DNA of 59,227 bases, the filler included. It is 6 parts of 6 records of this genome, joined end to end, with 100 filler letters (N's around TTAATTAATTAA, not from the genome) between each part and the next. Parts side by side here need not be neighbours in the genome. Positions count along the whole stretch, not along the records: positions 43,142 to 59,227 come from SRR31156797_3440; 5 more parts are not named here. One strand, written 5' to 3'. This document shows positions 49,554-59,175 of the stretch, in pieces. A program made the translations under genes and the position numbers. Numbering within the stretch: the first letter of the stretch is position 1; each line of letters opens with the position of its first letter. Under the pieces are notes generated by a model. That model had not been told where the DNA came from, made no database searches, and saw nothing but the letters and a program-made list of their open reading frames with translations.

Positions 49554-50501
49554 TTACTGATCTTGCGCAAAGGTTACGGAAATATCATTCTGATAGACAA
49601 GTTTCGGTTCTCCGATCTCAAGAGAACTTTCCCTACGAATGATATATCTTTTTACCACCGTACACCCGCCCACAGATGCACTAACCCGAGCTTCGAAAAA
49701 GCCCGATTTTACGTCCAATTCATTGGTCATATTTTTATACAAGCTGGAATCCGACTCTAACCCGGTAACTGAAAGAACCTGACTGATATCGGTAAAACCT
49801 CTGGTTCGCCGCCAATGCATTATCCTGTCAACCCCTTTGCTCAATTCCGGAAAATAGGCCAACAGCACTTCGCGAGATGCAAAATTTATATTGATTTTAC
49901 CTGTGCCCCAAATAGTAAATGTATCATCTATCCACTCCCGGTCAATCTCATCCCAACCACGAACAAGAAGCAACTCTTCAGGAGTTTTCAGTCTACTCCC
50001 GCGTGGAGAATATGAGGGGAATTGCGAGGCATAGAAAAAATTATCCATTTTCTCCAGCTTCGAATTGACGTTCTTACCTGTCCATATTGCAAGGCTTCCG
50101 GCCATATTTTTCACGTCATAGCCTGCACCAAGAATATTGTTTAAAATTTGCAGTGAGGCTTCCCTATCATCAAAGCTGATCAACTCATTAACATTTATCT
50201 TACTATTACAAGGCTTTATCTCAATAGATAACCCATCATCCTCCCACTCTCCGGCCCACTTTTCATCCGGGGTATCGGAAAAGAGAGTTTTGTCATCTTT
50301 AAGCAAATCATAGATCATATATAAAGCTTCTTCAGCCTTGAATCCAGCCTCATACTCACTGCGGACACGGCTAGCTTCAACCGCCCCACGGGAACTGACT
50401 TCAATGGTCATCAGGGTCAGTCCGGACAAAGCCATAAACAAGACCAGAACAATGACCAGAACCACCCCTCGCGAGTTACTATAGTCATTACTCCGTAACA
50501 T
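49554..50501 (-). CDS. gspK: Type II secretion minor pseudopilin K
   Basis: RGVVLVIVL prepilin-like start, KINVN, EELLLVRG, KININFA. Confidence 0.85.
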   Translation of the reverse strand: MLRSNDYSNSRGVVLVIVLVLFMALSGLTLMTIEVSSRGAVEASRVRSEYEAGFKAEEALYMIYDLLKDDKTLFSDTPDEKWAGEWEDDGLSIEIKPCNSKINVNELISFDDREASLQILNNILGAGYDVKNMAGSLAIWTGKNVNSKLEKMDNFFYASQFPSYSPRGSRLKTPEELLLVRGWDEIDREWIDDTFTIWGTGKININFASREVLLAYFPELSKGVDRIMHWRRTRGFTDISQVLSVTGLESDSSLYKNMTNELDVKSGFFEARVSASVGGCTVVKRYIIRRESSLEIGEPKLVYQNDISVTFAQDQ

Positions 50502-51069
50502 ATGGAACCCTCTCCAGAAGCAAAACCTCTTGGCCGTCTTCAAATCTCAACCTGAGCCGAAAAGCCTTTAAGGTCTGTTCATTGCTTATGCCCTTGCTTC
50601 TTTGCTGAGAAAGTGAAATCCAAATATTTTTTTTAATATCAAGAACTTCCAGAGTCCATGACCTGAGTCCACGCATCAAAAGCTGTGAATACTCAAACTC
50701 AAGATCAGAAGATTTTTCAGACCTGCGGACCATGGAAGAAGAAAAATCCCACGATACAATTACCGGTCCGGCATTCTCAACCATAATGGAATTACTTGAC
50801 TCAAAAGCTATTCCGGTTTCACTGACACCAACCATTTTACCAGGCACGACATTCTGCAAATCCCGATGCAGAATACGGCGCAGGGTGAACATACGTGAGG
50901 AAAGGCCAGCACTAGAACGAACGACTTCGTTATTGGTGACCGACTGTCCGAGCACCATGGCAACCATACTCATCAGCAGCCCGGACAGCACCAATCCGAT
51001 AAGCACCTCGATGAGAGAAAAGCCCCCCTGAGATTCAGGAAAGGGATGGCTGCGTCGAAAAATTTCCAT
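50488..51069 (-). CDS. gspJ: Type II secretion minor pseudopilin J
   Basis: GFSLIEVLIGL N-methylation motif; RRILHRDL; gene order. Confidence 0.75.
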   Translation of the reverse strand: MEIFRRSHPFPESQGGFSLIEVLIGLVLSGLLMSMVAMVLGQSVTNNEVVRSSAGLSSRMFTLRRILHRDLQNVVPGKMVGVSETGIAFESSNSIMVENAGPVIVSWDFSSSMVRRSEKSSDLEFEYSQLLMRGLRSWTLEVLDIKKNIWISLSQQRSKGISNEQTLKAFRLRLRFEDGQEVLLLERVPYVTE

Positions 51070-51431
51070 TAAAACTGCTTCTTTTTATGTGATACCCGGT
51101 AGACTCTCCACTCAAGGGTGTAATCATCGCTACGGGTTTCTAGTGTATAATACCCCTTGCCGGCAGAAGAGATTGTCTCCAACCCCACCCTGAAGCTGCC
51201 TTCAGGAGGTCCGGGCCACGAAATCCAACCAGAAGAGACAATCTTCAACCTGTCTGGATATTTATGAGCCAAAATATCCTGCGACAAATTCAAAACATTC
51301 CATGAATCCTTTGAAGACTGGGCCATAAGGGCGCTCTGCCTCTGCACTCCCAAAAAACTTATCGATAGCGTTGCGGCGATGGTCAAAGCCACAATGATCT
51401 CTATCAGGGAAAATCCGTTCTTAAGAGCCAC
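51069..51431 (-). CDS. gspI: Type II secretion minor pseudopilin I
   Basis: GFSLIEIIVALTI; 120 aa; gene order. Confidence 0.75.
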   Translation of the reverse strand: MALKNGFSLIEIIVALTIAATLSISFLGVQRQSALMAQSSKDSWNVLNLSQDILAHKYPDRLKIVSSGWISWPGPPEGSFRVGLETISSAGKGYYTLETRSDDYTLEWRVYRVSHKKKQF

Positions 51432-51433
51432 AA

Positions 51434-51862
51434 CTAAATCTCCACAAAACGGACCGCAAGCGGGTCCAAAATAACGGTCAAACCATCCGAAAAAACCAGA
51501 CGCACCTCATCACTGAATCCTTCAGGGTAAATGGTAAACTCAACCCCGCTGTCATCAATTGGATACTCATTAAAATGTCCGCTGGAAACTTCTGAAGGGA
51601 GAGAAACCTCCTCTCCGTTCCATTTGAGCAGCCCGTTATCAAAATCAATAAACACATGCTGCCGGGAATCTGTTTCCACTGCTTCCGTCCTTGCCTCATA
51701 AATTAGAGCATTGACCAGATTCAAACTGTCATCACCCCGATCACCGGCAAGATCAAGATTGGGCATGAGCGTAAACCAGCCCATGCCCACAATAAACAGA
51801 ACAATTAAAAGCTCTATAAAGGTCAGTCCGCCTGAAAAACGGCGGGCAGCATGCATATTCAT
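51434..51862 (-). CDS. gspH: Type II secretion minor pseudopilin H
   Basis: GLTFIELLIVL; AR.EAV; F…P.G; follows gspG. Confidence 0.75.
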   Translation of the reverse strand: MNMHAARRFSGGLTFIELLIVLFIVGMGWFTLMPNLDLAGDRGDDSLNLVNALIYEARTEAVETDSRQHVFIDFDNGLLKWNGEEVSLPSEVSSGHFNEYPIDDSGVEFTIYPEGFSDEVRLVFSDGLTVILDPLAVRFVEI

Positions 51863-51881
51863 AAGATTTTATAAAACCAGC

Positions 51882-52343
51882 TTATTCCCAACTTTTGATA
51901 TCGGCGTCATAATCCTCACCGCCTTCCATGCCGTCAGCACCGAGAGAAATAAGCTCATACGGACGCCCTTCCTCGCCGGGACTTCTGTAGATGTAATCGT
52001 AACCCCAAGGATCAACAGGTGCAGCGGCGGAATCAAGGTAGCCGCCCTTACGGTAGTTACGGGGAACAGGACGGCTTTCCGGTTTGGTAATCAAAGCCTG
52101 AAGCCCCTGTTCGGTTGTGGGGTAGCGTCCGGTATCCAATTTGTACAATTTCAAAGCCGAATCAAGGGCTTTCATGTCCATCTTTGCCTTTGTCACTCTT
52201 GCTTCGTTAGGACGGTCCATGATTTTGGGAACCAGCATTGAAGCCAAAAGGCCGAGGATAACAATTACAATCATCAACTCGATAAGACTAAAACCACGCT
52301 GACCTTTTTTAAGGTCTGCAATACAAATTCTTTTTTTCTGCAT
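51882..52343 (-). CDS. gspG: Type II secretion major pseudopilin G
   Basis: [46 protein letters not shown]. Confidence 0.95.
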   Translation of the reverse strand: MQKKRICIADLKKGQRGFSLIELMIVIVILGLLASMLVPKIMDRPNEARVTKAKMDMKALDSALKLYKLDTGRYPTTEQGLQALITKPESRPVPRNYRKGGYLDSAAAPVDPWGYDYIYRSPGEEGRPYELISLGADGMEGGEDYDADIKSWE

Positions 52344-52377
52344 AATGTCCTCTACTTATTATTACCCTTTCCTAAGG

Positions 52378-53742
52378 TTAATCCCTGATATCAATGCGCT
52401 TGTTTTCCAGCGGCTCCCACTCAACGGGACTCCCAGCAGCGATTCCCTCGCGACGGGGCAACATCCCCCGGGACTTGAAATAATCATCCGGACGGACAAC
52501 TTTTTCCCACCAAAGGTAATACCCTTTACTTGGTATATACCTGCAATACAACCTCTGAAATTCACGCTGGGCAATGGGCACTGCAAGGTTAAAGTCCCTG
52601 CCACGCTCGGAAAAGCTGTAACCGCGTTCTATCTTTACTGTCTTCCAGTCGGCAAAATCATACTCACCCTTAAGGAGGCGACCATCCAGAGAGGAATAAT
52701 ACCTGACAATCCCGTCAACATCCCTGACACGATAAACTTTACCCGACGGGGAGCGATCAACTGAGAAAGAGACCGGCCTGAATTGGATTTTTTTAGAAAA
52801 CTGCTTACGCGGCGACCGGTAAAACAAAACCCCGTTTTTAAGAAAAAAACCATCTTCCTGCTCAAAAAAAGGAGACTTCACTCTATTACTAACATCCCAC
52901 TGAAATCGCTGTCCTTTCTCAGTAACAACATTAAGATGGGGGCCATAGGCTTTAACTGACTTGAAAGGACCGCCCTTAATCTTCTGATCAAAAATACGAG
53001 TTAGTTTAAGCGGACTCCACATAACCATTTTCCCGGTGGTATCCACACCCATGAGGATTCCTTCCTCATTGGAGAAAGTCAAAGAAAGCGGTTGGTAAGA
53101 GAAACGGTCAATCTTATGGAGTTTCCCGGCAGCAGGGCCAACCCAAAGCCTGCGGGCCTCATCCACCAAAGCAAGCCAACTACCTCTCGGCGAAAGGGCG
53201 AACATGTCCACAGTACTATTCACATCATGAACGCGCACCCGTGCACATTCCTTGACACTAAATACCTCAACACTCTTGTTCTTGCCGGATGTGACAGCCA
53301 GATAAGGGGACTCCGGAAACCATGACACAGAATTGACTGGCTCTGAAACAGCCTGAACAGCACCACATCCCTGACCGCCATACATGCGCACCACGCCATT
53401 TTTGAACCCTGCAGCAAGAACATTCCCATCCTGCACAAAGGTTTTAACATCCTCAGCCAGATTTACGATCTCGTTGCTCTTGCTGAGTTGCACAATATAA
53501 TTTCCGGACATACCTTCCGGAGGACGGTTGTAAATGCTGTCCAATGAGGAATACTGCTGAGAAGCTGAATACTCCACAAAACCGGCAAGGCTGAGCGGTG
53601 CCTTTCCAACAAGTTTGGAGACATCAAGGCTGTCATCAGTAACAAGAGTGGGCTCATCAGTTACAGGAGAAGGCTGCTTGGCACAGCCTGAAACAAAAAC
53701 AACAAAGAATGTCAGAGCTAGAATGATTGACTTTTTATTCAT
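52378..53742 (-). CDS. WD40/beta-propeller lipoprotein
   Basis: Likely start ATG 53742 (AAGGA RBS), lipobox VSGC, WD-like repeats (VNSVSWFPESPYLA, FALSPRGSWLA, LTFSNEE). Confidence 0.75.
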   Translation of the reverse strand: MNKKSIILALTFFVVFVSGCAKQPSPVTDEPTLVTDDSLDVSKLVGKAPLSLAGFVEYSASQQYSSLDSIYNRPPEGMSGNYIVQLSKSNEIVNLAEDVKTFVQDGNVLAAGFKNGVVRMYGGQGCGAVQAVSEPVNSVSWFPESPYLAVTSGKNKSVEVFSVKECARVRVHDVNSTVDMFALSPRGSWLALVDEARRLWVGPAAGKLHKIDRFSYQPLSLTFSNEEGILMGVDTTGKMVMWSPLKLTRIFDQKIKGGPFKSVKAYGPHLNVVTEKGQRFQWDVSNRVKSPFFEQEDGFFLKNGVLFYRSPRKQFSKKIQFRPVSFSVDRSPSGKVYRVRDVDGIVRYYSSLDGRLLKGEYDFADWKTVKIERGYSFSERGRDFNLAVPIAQREFQRLYCRYIPSKGYYLWWEKVVRPDDYFKSRGMLPRREGIAAGSPVEWEPLENKRIDIRD

Positions 53743-53940
53743 AATTCCTTCATTTTCAGGATGAAGATTTGATAGAACCTTAAAACAGTGCTGCAGGCAA
53801 TGCAATCGCACTTTTCAACAGGTTGTGTTAAAGCAGAGCGTGTAAAAGTCAAGCACAGCCTGAAAACTATCCTTGCCCATACCTCGGTATTACGGCACAA
53901 GAAGCGACAGCATATCCCCACTTCTACGGCAAAAAAACAA

Positions 53941-55197
53941 ATGAAAAAGACATATAAAAAGATAATAGACTACCTGTCTGGATATACTGGACGTGAAGGC
54001 AAAAACAACTTGAAAAACACAAGCTGGCGGTTACCTGTACTGGCGAGCTTTTATGTGCTGGCCTATGTAATATTCGACCTCATGGCCGACAGTATTTCCC
54101 GCCATTATATTTTCTGTATTTTTCTGGTAGTATCCAGCCTTTATTTTTCATGGCGCCTTGGCGGTCGGGAAACCATGACCTATGTTGGTTTTTTCAATAT
54201 CTTCTTTGCCTTCATATTTTCCCGTCTTCTGTATATGACCGGCAACTTTTCTTCCAAGCTCTTCCTAAGCCGCTCGTTCATGACCCTCTATGTAGTGGCA
54301 ATCATTTTTATGTTCATCATGACCAAGCGCAAATCACCAGCGGACCGGGAAAAAGTAGACCGGGAAAAGTCTATCCGCGATGAACGCCAGAGACGCAGAC
54401 AACTAGAACTCATGGTCGCCACGGAAAAACTTACCGACGACATGATCACTCAGGCAAATATGGTTAAAGATGAACTTATGGTACTCCAGAATTCATGGAA
54501 GTCTCAAATTCATACCATTGTCAACGACCTGCCAAAGGTCAAAGAAAGGGAACTATACAACCAGATAGTAACCCCTTTTGAAGAAAGCATCATTGAACAC
54601 CTACGCGATCTTGAAAAGAGACTTTCCTTCAAACCGCAGTTGATAGGCCTTGACGAACTGGCGACAAACCTTACTGATAGGCTTGAAAATGACCAAAAAC
54701 ATTCCCGAACACGGCTGGACCTGCAGTTTGATTTTGAAAAATGGATGAGTAGGGAAGAAGAAATCCTTGTGGACCGTCACAAAACATGGGAAATTCTGAT
54801 CAACCTGATCAGAAACAGTCAGACAGCCATGGAACTCAGGCAGATAGAACTGCTCCGCCAAGGCAGCGAAGAATTCAAGACTTTTAAACCCCGGTTATCC
54901 ATCATCGCCGATGTGCAGAACAACTACGCCCGCGTACGAGTCGCTGACACAGGCGGCGGCGTTTCCGATGACAGTTTGCAGGACCTTTTCAAAAGAGCCG
55001 TGCCTTCTGCCAAACGTAAAGGCAAAGCCATGGGACAAGGTACTGTCTTTGTGAAATTTTTCGGAGACAATATGGGCTTTGACATATCAGCAAAAAACAC
55101 AGAAACTTTAGGCTCCAAGGGCCTTGAAGTTACCATACTCATTCCTCTTGGGACCTTCGGTCCCGCAGGGGCTATTCCAGCAGCAGGAGATAAATAA
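53941..55197 (+). CDS. Atypical membrane sensor histidine kinase
   Basis: About four TM segments, coiled coil, divergent H-box QIHTIVNDL, N-box LINLIRNS, DTGGG, G2-like GQG. Start is uncertain. Confidence 0.75.
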   Translation: MKKTYKKIIDYLSGYTGREGKNNLKNTSWRLPVLASFYVLAYVIFDLMADSISRHYIFCIFLVVSSLYFSWRLGGRETMTYVGFFNIFFAFIFSRLLYMTGNFSSKLFLSRSFMTLYVVAIIFMFIMTKRKSPADREKVDREKSIRDERQRRRQLELMVATEKLTDDMITQANMVKDELMVLQNSWKSQIHTIVNDLPKVKERELYNQIVTPFEESIIEHLRDLEKRLSFKPQLIGLDELATNLTDRLENDQKHSRTRLDLQFDFEKWMSREEEILVDRHKTWEILINLIRNSQTAMELRQIELLRQGSEEFKTFKPRLSIIADVQNNYARVRVADTGGGVSDDSLQDLFKRAVPSAKRKGKAMGQGTVFVKFFGDNMGFDISAKNTETLGSKGLEVTILIPLGTFGPAGAIPAAGDK

Positions 55198-56108
55198 TGA
55201 CCCCGGAACAGGATCCGTATTTTTTTGTTTTGGCAGACGATGATCCGCGTTTGCACGAATACACTGTTTCAATCCTCCGCAATGCGGGAATTCTCGAGAA
55301 ACACGAATCTTTTTATGATCCGGTCTCCTTTTTGGCCTTTTTAAAAGAATCCGAAGAAGAGCCGGATGTAATCCTGCTTGATGTTCATTTTGAAGGTTCC
55401 GGACTCAGTGGAGTTGATATCCTCCCTTACATCCGCGAGGAATATCCGTACATCCCGGTCATCCTTTTAACTGGAATGGACGCCGAAGCCACAGACGAAG
55501 CCCAGTCCGACGTCTTCACTTACTTTATCCCCAAACCGGTGACCGAAGACCACTTGCTGCGCATGCTTCATTTTTACCTCGGTAAAAGTAAAAAAACAGC
55601 AGAACAGGTCAATACCCTCATGGCGGAAATGGAAGAAGTCAAAGGGTACCACCAGTTGTTGGAAGAAGAAGTGGAACAGCTTCAGGACGAGCAACGCCGC
55701 CTTGAAGAACAGAGTAAAACAGAGAAGACAACCGGATCCGGTAAAGGATTTGAAAAAGTAACTGAAATTCTTGAATCCCTGCTTACCAAAAGTGAAGCAA
55801 TGCCCAGCTTCATTGCCGACCTTGAAAAAGTATACTCCACCCAGTTCAAGCTGTTCAAAAAGGTAATCGAAACCCTAATCCGCTTTGATGTACAGGATGC
55901 CGGAACACCGGGCATGAACATCCATAAAGTAAAAGGGACCCAGAATGTTTTCAGCGCCCGACTGTCCAGAAAAGTAAGGCTCTTTTATTACAGCTCCGCT
56001 AAGACCGTAAGAAAAAGGCTTTTAAGACTAGACATTTACCACGACACCAAGGGTATGGACAAGTGGATTAAAAACAACTACCATTCTTACGCTGAAATAG
56101 AGGAATAG
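55197..56108 (+). CDS. Response regulator: receiver, coiled coil and C-terminal RelE/YafQ-like domain
   Basis: ADDD, LLDVH, LLTG, KP receiver motifs; C-terminal IHKVKG…FSARLSRKVRLFY…LLRLDIYHD. Confidence 0.8.
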   Translation: MTPEQDPYFFVLADDDPRLHEYTVSILRNAGILEKHESFYDPVSFLAFLKESEEEPDVILLDVHFEGSGLSGVDILPYIREEYPYIPVILLTGMDAEATDEAQSDVFTYFIPKPVTEDHLLRMLHFYLGKSKKTAEQVNTLMAEMEEVKGYHQLLEEEVEQLQDEQRRLEEQSKTEKTTGSGKGFEKVTEILESLLTKSEAMPSFIADLEKVYSTQFKLFKKVIETLIRFDVQDAGTPGMNIHKVKGTQNVFSARLSRKVRLFYYSSAKTVRKRLLRLDIYHDTKGMDKWIKNNYHSYAEIEE

Positions 56109-56171
56109 TAATTTTAAATTTTCTCGGCACTGTACACCGTGTCTGGAAAACTTTTTAGGATATATTTTTAT

Positions 56172-56948
56172 ATGGAGCTGAAAGCCACCAAATTTCCGGC
56201 ATGGCTGTGGCCGCTCGCTTTCGGGCTGGCTACGGCTTATCTTGTGTCGTCCTTTGTCCCGTTGCCTAAACCCACTGCCCCTATTCTCGGGCAATCCTTT
56301 TCCTCAGACGCAACCAGCAAAATGGAAAAAGATTCCAAGCTAATTCTAGAAAAAAATGTTCTTGGGCTAGATAACCCGGCGGAAATCCAGAAAAAAACTA
56401 AAGTAACCCCTTCGACTTGGATGCTGGTCGGCATCCTTACCGGGGAGACTGACATGGCTGTTTTCAGAATAAAAAATGAAACTGTCATCCTACGCGAAGG
56501 TGAAGAATACGAAGGTTGGACTCTTGCTGAAATCAAACCTCAATACGTCATCTGGAAATATGGACGCGAGCAGAAGAAAGTAGCCATGTGGGATCAGGTT
56601 CAGAGCCTGAGACTCGTACGCGGCAAAACCAACAAGATTACTGTCAACAAAGCTGAAGCCAAAGAAATCCTTGATGACCCCAATGCGTTCCTCAAGCAGG
56701 CCCTGTTTAAACCATACAGCAAGGGCGGTAAGACTCAAGGTTTCAGGGTAACCAACATCAGGACCAACTCCCTGCTCAAGAAACTCGGCCTTGAAAACGG
56801 CGATGTGCTCAAACGCATTAACGGCGAAATGATCACCGGACCGACCAAACTGCTACAGGTATATGGTTCTCTTGGCGGAGCTTCCGCCATTGCCATCGAT
56901 GTTGAACGCAAAGGGCAAATGCTCTCCCTGATAGTTGAGCTTAAGTAG
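56172..56948 (+). CDS. gspC: Type II secretion protein C with PDZ domain
   Basis: TM segment, HR domain (LVGIL…EGEEYEGWTL), PDZ (GFRVTNI…LGLENGDVLKRING…VERKG). Confidence 0.85.
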   Translation: MELKATKFPAWLWPLAFGLATAYLVSSFVPLPKPTAPILGQSFSSDATSKMEKDSKLILEKNVLGLDNPAEIQKKTKVTPSTWMLVGILTGETDMAVFRIKNETVILREGEEYEGWTLAEIKPQYVIWKYGREQKKVAMWDQVQSLRLVRGKTNKITVNKAEAKEILDDPNAFLKQALFKPYSKGGKTQGFRVTNIRTNSLLKKLGLENGDVLKRINGEMITGPTKLLQVYGSLGGASAIAIDVERKGQMLSLIVELK

Positions 56949-56957
56949 GAATCAGAA

Positions 56958-58169
56958 ATGCCCACCTATCAATATCGCGCGGTCACCAAGGAAGGTAAAA
57001 AGAAAAAAGGGTTTGTTGAAGCCTCGTCCCAGTCCAAAGCCTTTGCCACTTTGCAGAGCAAAGGACTCATGCCCCTGCGCCTTGAGCAGGTCAAATCAGG
57101 ACAAAAAGAAAAAAGTTCCACCAAGTCTCTGACCTCTTCCATGTCTATGAGCGGAAAGATCAGGCTGGGCGAATCTTTCTACTATCTTGGCATTCTGCTT
57201 CAAAGCGGTACCGCGTTGGCCCAGTCACTGGACATGATGGCCCGCATGAGCGGAGGTAAAGCCAGCCATACCTGGATGGAAATACGCGATGCAGTCCAAT
57301 CCGGTGAAAGCTTCTCATCCTGCCTCGGCAAGTATCCAAAAATTTTCCCGCAGGTTTACGTGGGCATGGTTCAGGTTGCTGAATCAGTAGGTAAACTCGG
57401 CGATGTACTTGAGAACATCGCCAAGTACGAAGAAGAACGCGCCGAAGTAAGCGGGCGACTCATGACCGCCATGGTCTATCCGGTGGTTATTCTGATGATC
57501 GGTATGGGTGCGGTTTATTTTCTGCTTTCTGAAGTTCTGCCCAAAATCACCGGAATATTCAAAGCCGCTAAAGGCGAGCTGCCTACCTCCACCAAAATAG
57601 TTGTAGCACTGGGCAACACTCTTGAAAGTCTCGGCCCCATGGCCCTGCTCATTCCTTTATGTGTAATTTTCGCTTTTATCAGTGCTTATAAATCCGTGCC
57701 CAAATTCCGGGAAAAGATCGACGGGTTGCTCTGGAAAATGCCGTTGGTCCAAAAATCAACTCTGGCTCGCTTTTCGGGCATTCTCGGTTTCCAGATCGAT
57801 GCCGGGATCCCCCTTGTGCAAGGAATGGAAAGCTCAGCCAATGCTGTTAATTCAACATTTTTCAAAAAGAAAATGGCCGAAGCACGTGAAGAAGTTGCCA
57901 CAGGGCGATCTTTAAGTGCAGTACTGGCTGAACAAAAGATTTATCCTGACATCTACATTCTGACCCTTACAGCCGGACAAAAATCCGGTGAACTGGGCAA
58001 ATTTCTACAACGCATGGGCACCATATTCGAAAGAGATGTGGACAACTTCATGAAACGTGTGGTCGCATTGGCTGAACCGATGCTGCTGCTTTTCATCGGC
58101 ATGCTTATCGCATTTATTGTTGTCGCCATCATGGGCCCGATATTCGACCTCACCTCGCTCGTAAAATAG
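56958..58169 (+). CDS. gspF: Type II secretion inner-membrane platform protein F
   Basis: MPTYQYRA…G.VEA.S; ESVGKL; AMVYP; GIPL; SGEL; AEP…P. Confidence 0.92.
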   Translation: MPTYQYRAVTKEGKKKKGFVEASSQSKAFATLQSKGLMPLRLEQVKSGQKEKSSTKSLTSSMSMSGKIRLGESFYYLGILLQSGTALAQSLDMMARMSGGKASHTWMEIRDAVQSGESFSSCLGKYPKIFPQVYVGMVQVAESVGKLGDVLENIAKYEEERAEVSGRLMTAMVYPVVILMIGMGAVYFLLSEVLPKITGIFKAAKGELPTSTKIVVALGNTLESLGPMALLIPLCVIFAFISAYKSVPKFREKIDGLLWKMPLVQKSTLARFSGILGFQIDAGIPLVQGMESSANAVNSTFFKKKMAEAREEVATGRSLSAVLAEQKIYPDIYILTLTAGQKSGELGKFLQRMGTIFERDVDNFMKRVVALAEPMLLLFIGMLIAFIVVAIMGPIFDLTSLVK

Positions 58170-58176
58170 GTAACAA

Positions 58177-59175
58177 ATGACCGATAAACAACTTTCCGAC
58201 TTCATAAAACGGGGCAAGGAAGTTCTTCAAATTGAAGAAAATGGACTTGCCTCCATCCGTGACTCTCTTGATCTCAACTTTGCCAAAGCAGTGGAAATGC
58301 TGGCCGGATGCAAAGGTCGCGTAATAATCACCGGACTGGGTAAATCCGGGCTGGTAGGCCGTAAAATTGCTGCCACCATGTCTTCCACCGGAACACCGTC
58401 TTTTTTCCTGCATCCAGTTGAAGGAGCGCACGGAGACCTTGGCATGGTCCGGGCTGAAGATGTGGTCATCTCCATCTCCAACAGCGGTGAAACTGATGAA
58501 CTCAACGCACTGCTCCCGGCTATCCGCTCCTTTGGCACCAAGATAATTTCCATCACCTCGGAAATTGAATCCACTATGGGCAAACTTTCAGACATTGTAG
58601 TCAGAACCAAGGTTCCCTGTGAAGCCTGCTCCCACGGATTAGCGCCCACGTCATCCACCACCGCAGCCCTTGCCATGGGTGATGCACTGGCAGTCTGCCT
58701 CATGGACCACAAGGCTTTTGACAGTCAGGATTTCAAAAAATTTCATCCCGGTGGATCGCTGGGCCGCAGGCTGACCCTGTGCATCAGCGAACTTATGCAC
58801 ACGGACAACATTCCATCTGCCCCGCTGGATGCCACACTTTCCGAAGCACTCGGCGTGCTCGACAAAGGCGGACTAGGTCTCGTAGCTTTGACCACAGGCC
58901 AAAAGCTCTCAGGCGTAATCACCGACGGCGATGTGCGCCGATTGGTCTGTTCCGGCAGCTTTGACGACAAAATTCCCGCCCGTGAGGTCATGATCGAAAA
59001 TCCCCTGCGCATCACCCCGGACATGTCCGCAGCACAGGCCCTCGACATCATGGAGTCCAAAGAGATCACCGTACTGCCCGTAGTAAACGAAGAGGGCAGA
59101 CTGACAGGCATGATTCATCTGCATGATCTCTTAGGCAAGGGTAGATTGAAGTTCGCAGATAACGTGCGCAACTAA
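58177..59175 (+). CDS. kdsD: Arabinose-5-phosphate isomerase (KpsF/GutQ; SIS + CBS)
   Basis: GLGKSGLVGRKIAAT…STGTP, HGDLG, SNSGET, APTSST, HPGGSLG; CBS pair. Confidence 0.92.
   Translation: MTDKQLSDFIKRGKEVLQIEENGLASIRDSLDLNFAKAVEMLAGCKGRVIITGLGKSGLVGRKIAATMSSTGTPSFFLHPVEGAHGDLGMVRAEDVVISISNSGETDELNALLPAIRSFGTKIISITSEIESTMGKLSDIVVRTKVPCEACSHGLAPTSSTTAALAMGDALAVCLMDHKAFDSQDFKKFHPGGSLGRRLTLCISELMHTDNIPSAPLDATLSEALGVLDKGGLGLVALTTGQKLSGVITDGDVRRLVCSGSFDDKIPAREVMIENPLRITPDMSAAQALDIMESKEITVLPVVNEEGRLTGMIHLHDLLGKGRLKFADNVRN

Noticed and set aside
53743-53940. Overlapping N-terminal extensions of ORFs 52378-53811 and 53788-55197
   Set aside because: Better starts exist at 53742 (RBS and lipoprotein signal) and about 53941, which leaves a normal divergent promoter region.
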